Notes under the pieces: model-generated
Seen by the model: the letters and a program-made list of their open reading frames with translations, nothing else
Databases searched by the model: none
Told to the model about the DNA's origin: nothing
Program-made: the position numbers and the translations under genes
Shown here: positions 10,704 through 18,510 of the stretch, one piece after another
How positions within the stretch are numbered: the first letter of the stretch is position 1
How the letters are laid out: each line of letters begins with the position of its first letter
Assembly (NCBI RefSeq): GCF_059718285.1
Contig: NZ_AP045833.1
DNA length: 32,000 bases
Strand: one strand, 5' to 3'

Positions 10704-12518
10704 ATGGTTGCCAATATTAATCTCATTAAACAAGAAAGTTATTCTGTTGTTAATTTAGAAAAACAACTAATGAGTAATAAATCACCGAAGCAAACGCTAT
10801 TAAATCAATTTTCACTTTGCCTTAAAATGGAAGGTGAGGAGCAACTGTGCGATTGTGTTAACGAACTGAAACTCGGGTTGTCGAGTAATAATGAATATGA
10901 CCTGTTTAAAAATAGAGAAACCTCACTGTGGAAACGCAAAGTACCAGAAAGCGCAGCGCTGGCAATGACGGGAACAGTGTATAAATTATTTGGTAGTCGC
11001 TTACTCAACGCCCGCAATCAGTTAGATAAAAATCTCCTCGAAATGGCTATGCAAATGGTTTATGGCAAAGATATGGTGACAAAGTCCGGGGATATATTGA
11101 TTGATATACAATTAAATAAGGATGGCAGTCTCCAGAGTAAGCACTATACATTTGATGTAGGTGAAGTTATAAACAGTTATAATATTGACCTCTTTGTGAA
11201 TGCTTCGAGTATTAATCAAACTTACTTACATGATAAAAATCCTGGTGACGTTATTAGCCTGTATGGCACTTTAGATAACATTCCCCTTGTAGTTAAGGAA
11301 TGCACGGGTAAAAATCATCAAATTAACGTTAAAGCCAAATTGCCACAAGAACGAAGTGAAAAAGTTGAGGATATGTGTGATCGAATGAGAGGTGGCATCT
11401 CTATGTTTAATCACACCACAAAAACAGCTGATAATATAGAGCATAATTTGCAGCTAAGTTTTCTCGTGGATTCACGACCGTCGATCACAAATAAATACTC
11501 AGCCAAAGATTTAGGGCCAGATATACTTGCATTGCCCGTCAACGTATATCATGCGGATTTTAAAATTAAAATCAATAATGCAGTAGAGAAGGCTTCATCA
11601 ATTGTGTTATGTGCTGTGCAAAAAAATCTCCATGCAGCAAGGAAGGTTCTTAGCGGGATAATAGGAAATGTGCCAAAAAATAATAAACCAAAAACAATTA
11701 TTTTTGATTTGCGTTTTCTTAGTGCAATTAAGCAGAAAGTTTTTTTGGGCAGTGAAAAACCGTTGTTTGTAAAGCATACCGCAATGATGAGGGAGGCATG
11801 TAAGGAATTACCGCAGCTAGTGGAGTATGTTCCTTTAGCCTGTGAAGCGCATAGCCATCGCAGCGTCGCCCTTGCCAAAACCGTGGCTGTGCCCATCATG
11901 GCGACAGGTGTGGGCTCGGCTTTAATGTATGCAACATCATCAGGACCGTATTATGCACAAAGTCTTTCTGGTTCGCCGGATATCGAGATGATAAAAAATC
12001 GCATGGCTGAATTGTTTAACCAGTCGGATATTTCTGTGCGCAACAAATATAGCCCGGCTTTTGATAAATGGAATGAACTGGTAGATAAATTAAATCACGA
12101 AAGAAATACAGTTCCGTTTGCGTGTTTGACCACCATTTTAGCAACGGCGATAAATGAAACTCCTGAGGGGGATACGAATGTTGCCGTTGTGATGGGGTGT
12201 AAATCTGCGAAAGATCGCACGATATCCATTGTCCTTGGCAACTCGATGTTGCAAACACTCTTTGAAAAACGCCTCGCCGATGATGGAGAAATAGAAAATC
12301 TTTTTGATCAACAGGGATATTTTAACTGCGATTCATTAACAGCCGAAGAATTAATGATATTAAAAGACCTTTTTGATATTCGAGTTCTTCATGTCTCTAA
12401 CAAATTCAATGTTGGGTTGCAAGGTAATATCAACACTGATGTTTTACAAGATTCGTTTTTTAAAAATGTCGATTTCATTCATGAATCTAACTCGTATACC
12501 GTAGGGATGGGAGTCTGA
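10704..12518 (+). CDS. Putative SopB/IpgD-like inositol-phosphate phosphatase family protein (type III effector-like)
   Basis: AT-rich 604-aa ORF; start refined from 10605 to ATG 10704 because of a strong SD (ggaaggaggctataATG). Contains VVMGCKSAKDRTISIV at 12198..12221, a Cx5R signature matching the CKSGKDRT active-site motif of SopB/SigD/IpgD; C-terminal NKFNVGLQGN resembles the QNTGGAGNK block downstream of the motif in SopB. Confidence 0.6.
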   Translation: MVANINLIKQESYSVVNLEKQLMSNKSPKQTLLNQFSLCLKMEGEEQLCDCVNELKLGLSSNNEYDLFKNRETSLWKRKVPESAALAMTGTVYKLFGSRLLNARNQLDKNLLEMAMQMVYGKDMVTKSGDILIDIQLNKDGSLQSKHYTFDVGEVINSYNIDLFVNASSINQTYLHDKNPGDVISLYGTLDNIPLVVKECTGKNHQINVKAKLPQERSEKVEDMCDRMRGGISMFNHTTKTADNIEHNLQLSFLVDSRPSITNKYSAKDLGPDILALPVNVYHADFKIKINNAVEKASSIVLCAVQKNLHAARKVLSGIIGNVPKNNKPKTIIFDLRFLSAIKQKVFLGSEKPLFVKHTAMMREACKELPQLVEYVPLACEAHSHRSVALAKTVAVPIMATGVGSALMYATSSGPYYAQSLSGSPDIEMIKNRMAELFNQSDISVRNKYSPAFDKWNELVDKLNHERNTVPFACLTTILATAINETPEGDTNVAVVMGCKSAKDRTISIVLGNSMLQTLFEKRLADDGEIENLFDQQGYFNCDSLTAEELMILKDLFDIRVLHVSNKFNVGLQGNINTDVLQDSFFKNVDFIHESNSYTVGMGV

Positions 12519-12610
12519 AGAGTAAAACTCATTAGGATTATCAGAATTCGGCCAATGCATTGTAACAATGACATACAAAGAGAGATGTGTGCAGGCACTT
12601 AGCCGCGAGG

Positions 12611-12688
12611 GGCATGGTTATGCCATACAGAAAGCACCAGTATTCAGAACTCCTGTGAAAGCGGCATAGTGGCCGCTGCTCAGGAGTT
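12611..12688. repeat. Copy 1 of ~78-bp structured direct repeat
   Basis: ggcatggttatgcc..aactcct..gcggc..gccgc..aggagtt; near-identical to 14428..14505. Confidence 0.9.
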
Positions 12689-13670
12689 ACCTTCCCGCTC
12701 TCCAGGCCACATCCCGCAGCGCCGATCGCGCAGCCTCACTGATACCACCTAACTGAAAAAATCCGTGGATAACGCCAAGGTAGCGTTGGCAGGTGCATTG
12801 CACTCCTTGCCCTGTCATGCGGTGATACAACGCTTCACCTTCATCGCAAAGTGGGTCGTATTCAGCGGTAATGATATGTACAGGAGGCAAGCCATTGAAA
12901 TCATCGCGCCAAAGAGGGCTGGCTTCAGGATGCCTGCGTTCAATGCCTGGCAGATACATCTCAAAGCCGCTCAGTAAAGTGTCGCGTGTGATGATGTAAT
13001 CGTGACCATTGCGTATGTAGCTTTCGAAATGCGCAGTCGCATCAAGCATAGGATAAATTAAGATGAGTTGTGCCGGTTGCCACTCGCCAGCACGCTTTAA
13101 TCGCAAAGCAGTTACCAGCGCCAGATGTCCGCCCGCACTGTCACCGGCAAGAGTTATCCGTTGTTTATCAACGCCGAGTCGTTCGGCGTGTTGCCAGACT
13201 AATTCTGCACCTCGTTGCGCATCATCATGGGCGGCGGGGAAAGTATGTTCCGGTGCCAGCCGATACTGGACGGCAATAACCCGACATTGCCCGTAATAGG
13301 CTAACTGGCGCAGCTGGTTGTCGTGAGTTGCGAACCCGCCGCTAACAAAACAGCCACCGTAGTAATAAATTATCGTCGGGAGTAATGTCGGGGCATTCAG
13401 CGGTGACACTATTCGTAAGATCATCCCTTCAAGTTCGATAGTCTGAACATCTACCCGCGTTTCTGTCTCACCCGCAAGGACAGCGCTGGCGATATAGCCC
13501 TCCCTGCGCTGCGCAATACTTTGTTGACGCGATGAGGGGCGACCCGCAGCGATAAACTCTTCGACTAACTCTGCAATTCCTTTTTCCAGTGCCATAGTAG
13601 AACTCATTTTGCTGTATGAATTTACAGTTTTATACACCCGTTTTTGCTGGATGGATACAGGGAAATTCAC
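12687..13670 (-). CDS. Alpha/beta hydrolase of the hormone-sensitive-lipase (acetyl esterase) family
   Basis: GDSAGG nucleophile elbow, AEYDPLCDEG, HGF near the C-terminus; oxyanion-hole region IIYYYGGCFVSGG. True start may be internal (MSSTMALEKG). Confidence 0.85.
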   Translation of the reverse strand: MNFPVSIQQKRVYKTVNSYSKMSSTMALEKGIAELVEEFIAAGRPSSRQQSIAQRREGYIASAVLAGETETRVDVQTIELEGMILRIVSPLNAPTLLPTIIYYYGGCFVSGGFATHDNQLRQLAYYGQCRVIAVQYRLAPEHTFPAAHDDAQRGAELVWQHAERLGVDKQRITLAGDSAGGHLALVTALRLKRAGEWQPAQLILIYPMLDATAHFESYIRNGHDYIITRDTLLSGFEMYLPGIERRHPEASPLWRDDFNGLPPVHIITAEYDPLCDEGEALYHRMTGQGVQCTCQRYLGVIHGFFQLGGISEAARSALRDVAWRAGR

Positions 13671-13769
13671 GGGCGTGAAAAATCTGGAAAGCGCCTCGCA
13701 AATGTAAAGACAAACCCGGCAGAGACGTGGTTTTGCTGGAGCACTATCAGTAAGCTAGTGGTTTCAAGG

Positions 13770-13786
13770 GTACGTCAATGACGTAC
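13770..13786. promoter_or_regulatory. Perfect palindrome gtacgtca-a-tgacgtac upstream of higB; candidate HigA operator
   Basis: 8-bp perfect half-sites with 1-nt spacer, about 38 bp upstream of the toxin start. Confidence 0.6.
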
Positions 13787-13823
13787 AAAAAGGATTGTTA
13801 CTCTAAGCCAATGGCGTATAATT

Positions 13824-14135
13824 ATGCTCTTCATCGAAACGGAAATTTTTACTGAAGATGTTCAAAAACTGCTGACCGACGATGAATTCAGTCGTTTTCA
13901 GTTTTTCCTGGCCTTGAATCCTGACTATGGTGAGGTAATACCTGAAACTGGTGGGTTAAGAAAGGTTCGATGGGTGTCAGGAGGAAAGGGGAAACGTGCT
14001 GGTGTCAGGGTTATTTACTTTCATCAGGTTAAACATTATGAGATCAGATTACTGCTTATTTATCGTAAGGGTATTAAAGATGATCTGTCTCCCCAGGAAA
14101 AAGCAATGCTCCGGTTGTTAAATACGAGGTGGTAA
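13824..14135 (+). CDS. RelE/HigB-family toxin
   Basis: 103-aa ORF ...LNPDYGEVIPETGGLRKVRWVSGGKGKRAGVRVIYFHQVKHYEIRLLLIYRKGIKDDLSPQEK..., characteristic HigB/RelE-like toxin; followed directly by an HTH gene. Confidence 0.88.
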   Translation: MLFIETEIFTEDVQKLLTDDEFSRFQFFLALNPDYGEVIPETGGLRKVRWVSGGKGKRAGVRVIYFHQVKHYEIRLLLIYRKGIKDDLSPQEKAMLRLLNTRW

Positions 14136-14426
14136 ATGGATAAGGCACTTTTTGAGCGGTTGACTCACAGCATGGCCCAGATGAATGAAATTATTGAAGG
14201 AACGCGACAGCCTTCGCGGACTTTTGAAGTTGATGCTATGAAAATCAAAGAAATACGCCGCGCTTCAGGGTTGTCACAATCTAAATTTGCCGATCTTATT
14301 TCCGTAAGCGTAGACACGTTGCGTAACTGGGAGCAAGGGCGACGTTCACCGACCGGGCCTGCAAAGGCTTTACTGCGAGCGATTGCCAATGATCCGCAAC
14401 ATGTACTGCAAGCACTTAACCGTTAG
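14136..14426 (+). CDS. HigA/NadS-family HTH antitoxin
   Basis: 96-aa ORF with XRE-type HTH (MKIKEIRRASGLSQSKFADLISVSVDTLRNWEQGRRSPTGPAKALLRAI), starts immediately after the toxin stop. Confidence 0.88.
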   Translation: MDKALFERLTHSMAQMNEIIEGTRQPSRTFEVDAMKIKEIRRASGLSQSKFADLISVSVDTLRNWEQGRRSPTGPAKALLRAIANDPQHVLQALNR

Positions 14427-14427
14427 A

Positions 14428-14505
14428 GGCATGGTTATGCCGTACAGAAAGCACCAGCATTCAGAACTCCTATGAAAGCGGCATAGTGCCGCCTGCTCAG
14501 GAGTT
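14428..14505. repeat. Copy 2 of ~78-bp structured direct repeat, right after the antitoxin stop codon
   Basis: Matches 12611..12688 with 3 substitutions and one offset indel pair; retains both stem-loops and is followed by ttttcct. Confidence 0.9.
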
Positions 14506-15029
14506 TTCCTATGACCCGTAATCGTGCTGAACGTCGCCACCCTATGATGCGATTAAAAAAACTCATCGTCGCGCCGATGATTGACGTCAATGCTATCGGA
14601 TGATGTCAGGGGTGTTCCGGAAGGAATTCCTTGTTTCCCGAACTGTTACCAACAAAATTATAACGATGAGCAAGTTAAGACCGGTTGGTGCAGTACTGAC
14701 CGGTCTGTGATGGATGATTAATTTCACCTTAAATCCGGGTGCTGTTAGGATGCTGACATTTTTCGGCTACACCATTCAGATTATGCAAATAAAGATCCAA
14801 TCAAAAAATAAACATCCCTGTATATAATATATTCATAGCACCTATAATTCATTTTGGGCGATAACTAAACCATTTTTGAGTAACAAATGAAACAACTGCA
14901 ACGGACTTATTATTTCTGGAAAACGCCTCGCAAAAACAAAACGACATGCAAAAATCCGCTTTTTTTAAATGATTTTCCGGCGTAATTTTCGCGCATACAT
15001 TAATGAGTAATATATGTAAGGTGGTGGTA

Positions 15030-15248
15030 ATGGCGATGAATACGGTTTTTCTTCATTTATCAGAAGAGGCAATTAAACGGCTGAACAAGCTTCGGGGCTG
15101 GCGTAAGGTTTCACGATCTGCAATTTTACGCGAAGCGGTAGAGCAATATCTGGAACGTCAGCAATTCCCGGTGCGTAAAGCAAAGGGAGGCAGGCAAAAG
15201 GGGGAGGTAGTTGGTGTTGATGATCAGTGTAAGGAGCATAAGGAATGA
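15030..15248 (+). CDS. yiiE: CopG/ribbon-helix-helix family protein YiiE
   Basis: MAMNTVFLHLSEEAIKRLNKLRGWRKVSRSAILREAVEQYLE: RHH fold pattern; 72 aa; start refined from ORF-track 15003. Confidence 0.85.
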   Translation: MAMNTVFLHLSEEAIKRLNKLRGWRKVSRSAILREAVEQYLERQQFPVRKAKGGRQKGEVVGVDDQCKEHKE

Positions 15249-15466
15249 CAAAAATTTTTCATTCTTGAATACAAAAAAACAGATGCCCTTATTCTGGTAT
15301 TAATACAAGGTTGTTTTACTTGAACTTATAATAACTGTAACTGTTACATCATATCTGGAAAACGCCTCGCAAAAATAAAAAATGATGCGTAAATGAGCTT
15401 TCTTTAAAGATTCGGCAAGGGTACTTTTCTCTCCATAGATTCAAAAATGATATTGGGGAGATATTT

Positions 15467-15709
15467 ATGAACTCTCTGGCAGGTATAGATATGGGCAGAA
15501 TTTTACTCAATTTATCGAATGAGTTGTTTAAGCAACTTGATGATCTCGAGGTGCAGCGTAATCTTCCTCGTGCGGAGCTATTACGGGAAGCGGTAGATCA
15601 ATACCTGGTAAATCAATCGCAAACAGCAAGAGCCAGTGCTTTTGGCATCTGGCAAGGGAGTGAGGAAGATGGTGTCGAATTCCAGCGTAAGCTGCGCGAG
15701 GAATGGTAA
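15467..15709 (+). CDS. yiiF: CopG/ribbon-helix-helix family protein YiiF
   Basis: [42 protein letters not shown]: RHH pattern; ggggag SD before ATG 15467 (alternative start 15491). Confidence 0.85.
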   Translation: MNSLAGIDMGRILLNLSNELFKQLDDLEVQRNLPRAELLREAVDQYLVNQSQTARASAFGIWQGSEEDGVEFQRKLREEW

Positions 15710-15758
15710 TGGCAAAAATGATACCAATCAGATTGCTGACAACGAGCGCGTTGTTCAT

Positions 15759-15860
15759 GCCGGATGCGGCGTGAACGCCTTATCCGGCCTACAAAGTCAT
15801 GCAAATTCAATATATTGAAGTTTATTGGTAGGCCTGATAAGCGCAGCGCATCAGGCAATC
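15759..15860. repeat. BIME-type pair of REP elements
   Basis: gccggatgcggcgtgaacgccttatccggcctac ... taggcctgataagcgcagcgcatcaggcaatc, two opposing REP units. Confidence 0.9.
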
Positions 15861-16037
15861 ATACGCTTGTCATCAGTGACATACCCATAACCTTATCGAT
15901 GTGTTGGAGGGAAGAACGAGGCAAACAGACAATTGCGGCATGATCTTGAATGGGTAACGCGGAATACGAGAGATAGTGTCGTCACACCCTATGAGCTGTA
16001 ATCCGGGCGACCTGCGCCACCCGGAAAACGTCAGAGA

Positions 16038-16967
16038 TTACTCTCCTTCACCCGGAAACAGGAACGGGTTAATGGAACTACGGGCGTAGCCTTCTTGCTC
16101 CATTCGCGCGTCCAGTACCAGAGAGGCGAGGTCATCTGCCACGGCTTCAACTTTCGGTTCTTTTTCCTGATAAAGAATCTTCAGGTAAGTGCCGCAGTCA
16201 TCGCAGCTTTCGGCTTTAATCGCGGCCTGTTCGTCATCCAGCGACCAGTAATGCAGTTTGCCGCTCTGCTCGCAGTTGCTGCATTTTACGCGCACTACGT
16301 GCCATTCGGTTTCACACAGGTTGCAGTGCAGGTAACGCAGACCCTGAGTGGTGCCAATTTGCACCATGCTGGACACCGGCATAGAGCCACATACCGGGCA
16401 ATATTGACGTTGTTCGCCGTATTCAGCGCGGGCTTTGCCGGGGATCAGATTGGCCATCTGCGCCCAGTAGAGCGACAGCGCAGCCCAGATAAACGGCGCT
16501 TTATCGCTGCTGACGGACGAGAAATCAGAGGCAAACAGCGCGCTGGCCATATCTTCTAGCTCCTGAGTCGATGCCTTCTCCAGATTCTCAATCACTGCCA
16601 GCGCCGGGCCGCTCATTTCAGGTTTCAGCTCAGCAATTAGCGCCATCAGCAGCTTTTGCCAGTGCTTATCACGCGGCAGAACGTGAATATCCAGCGGGGG
16701 CTTGCCTTGTGCGCTGGCTTCTTTAATGCGTGCAGTCAGATCCATCTCCAGCGGATGGTCGTACAGCACCACTTCCTGGGCGTGGGCGATAAGCGCAGCA
16801 AAGCGCAGGTAATCACCCAGCGGATTATTTTCTGCCAGCTCGCGCAGACGCTCGGCGCGGCGGTTGTATAAATTCTTGAGCCGAGGGAACAATAACGGCG
16901 GAATCATATCCGCCGTACGTTTCTCGCTCGAACCCAGCTCATCTTGCGGGATTATGCGAATACTCAT
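16038..16967 (-). CDS. fdhE: Formate dehydrogenase accessory protein FdhE
   Basis: 309-aa ORF with [19 protein letters not shown] cysteine pairs; adjacent to the fdo operon. Confidence 0.96.
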   Translation of the reverse strand: MSIRIIPQDELGSSEKRTADMIPPLLFPRLKNLYNRRAERLRELAENNPLGDYLRFAALIAHAQEVVLYDHPLEMDLTARIKEASAQGKPPLDIHVLPRDKHWQKLLMALIAELKPEMSGPALAVIENLEKASTQELEDMASALFASDFSSVSSDKAPFIWAALSLYWAQMANLIPGKARAEYGEQRQYCPVCGSMPVSSMVQIGTTQGLRYLHCNLCETEWHVVRVKCSNCEQSGKLHYWSLDDEQAAIKAESCDDCGTYLKILYQEKEPKVEAVADDLASLVLDARMEQEGYARSSINPFLFPGEGE

Positions 16968-17599
16968 TCAGCTTTCTTTTCCGTTGTCTTGCGGACCTCA
17001 CGGTACCAGCGCGGGTGATGTTTCTTCGCCCAGGCGCTGGTAACCCATCCTTCCACCATGGCGGTAATCGTGCCTTTCACCCAAAGGGCGGCGTAGATAT
17101 GCACCATGATAACCACAATTAACGCCACTGCGGCAAATGAATGCAGCATTAACGCGAATCGGATCACCGGGATTGAGAAAGCAGGCGCAAAATAAGGACG
17201 CCAGATAATCACGCCGCTCACCAGCAGCAGAACCAGGAAAATAATCGCCGCCCAGAAAACGCATTTCTGACCGAAGTTATAACGCCCGGTGTCACCTACT
17301 TCCTCGTTGACGACGATCTTACGAATATTCTTCGCCCAAAAGATATCATCCCGATTGATTAGGTTGTGATGCCAGTAACGGAAAAACATGATGATGAACG
17401 AGGCAAACATAACCACGCCGACAAACGGGTGCAGAATTCGCGCCAGCTGCGGTGTGCCCATGATTTGCATCAACCAGTTGAAGGACGGGAACAAAAAGCC
17501 CAGCCCGCTCACCGCCGCCAGGATGAAGCAGAAGGCGGTGATCCAGTGGTTGATACGTTCCGGCGCGGTGTAGCGCACGATGGTGTCACGTCGTTTCAT
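16964..17599 (-). CDS. fdoI: Formate dehydrogenase-O cytochrome b556 subunit
   Basis: 211-aa multi-[38 protein letters not shown]; overlaps fdhE and fdoH. Confidence 0.96.
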
Positions 17600-18498
17600 T
17601 TGCGCTCCTCGTCTTTCTCTTCGTGCAGATTATTCTCTTCCTCATCCGCACGGTTCGGACCGACACCCACGTAGTGGAAGATACTGGCCGCAAAGGTAGC
17701 CGCAAAGCCAACAGCCGCGAGCGGTTTCCAGATGCCTTTCCAGAATTTCACGGTTTCGCTGATTTCCGGGTTCTCCGGCAAGCCATGATACAGATTTGGC
17801 TTGTCAGCATGGTGCAGCACGTACATGACGTGTGTACCACCGACGCCTGCCGGATCGTACAGACCCGCATTGTCGTAACCGCGGGTTTTCAGCTCAGCAA
17901 CGCGCTCGCTCGCCAGCGTTTTCATCGACTCTTTCGTACCGAAGTGAATCGCGCCCGTTGGGCAGGTCTTCACGCAGGCTGGTTCTTGCCCAACCACCAC
18001 GCGGTCAACGCACAGCGTACATTTGTAGACGCGGTTGTCTTCCGGGTTGAGGCGCGGAATGTCGAACGGACAGCCCGCAATGCAATAACCGCAGCCAATG
18101 CACTGCTCGGACTGGAAGTCGACGATACCGTTGGCATACTGAATAATTGCACCTTCCGCCGGGCACGCTTTCAGGCAGCCTGGATCGGAACAGTGCATAC
18201 AGCCGTCTTTGCGGATCAGCCATTCCAGTTTGTCGTTCTGCTCCACTTCCGAGAAGCGCATTACCGTCCACGATTTGGCGCTTAAATCATTGGGGTTGTC
18301 GTACACCCCAATGTTATTGCCGACGGTATCGCGAATGTCGTTCCACTCTGAACACGCCACCTGACAGGCTTTACAGCCGATACAGGTGGTAACGTCGATG
18401 AGTTTCGCCACTTCTTCCTGGAAGTCCCGCGCCTGAGGCGCGGGGGTCAGACCGTTAGTCGCGGAACGACGAATGATATCTTGAGATTGATAAGCCAT
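17596..18498 (-). CDS. fdoH: Formate dehydrogenase-O iron-sulfur subunit
   Basis: 300-aa ORF with repeated ferredoxin clusters ([41 protein letters not shown]). Confidence 0.97.
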
Positions 18499-18510
18499 AT
18501 GTCGTCTCCG

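Noticed and set aside
15759-15860. Possible CRISPR-like repeats
   Set aside because: Only two imperfect opposing palindromes matching REP/BIME units; no regular spacers and no cas genes.
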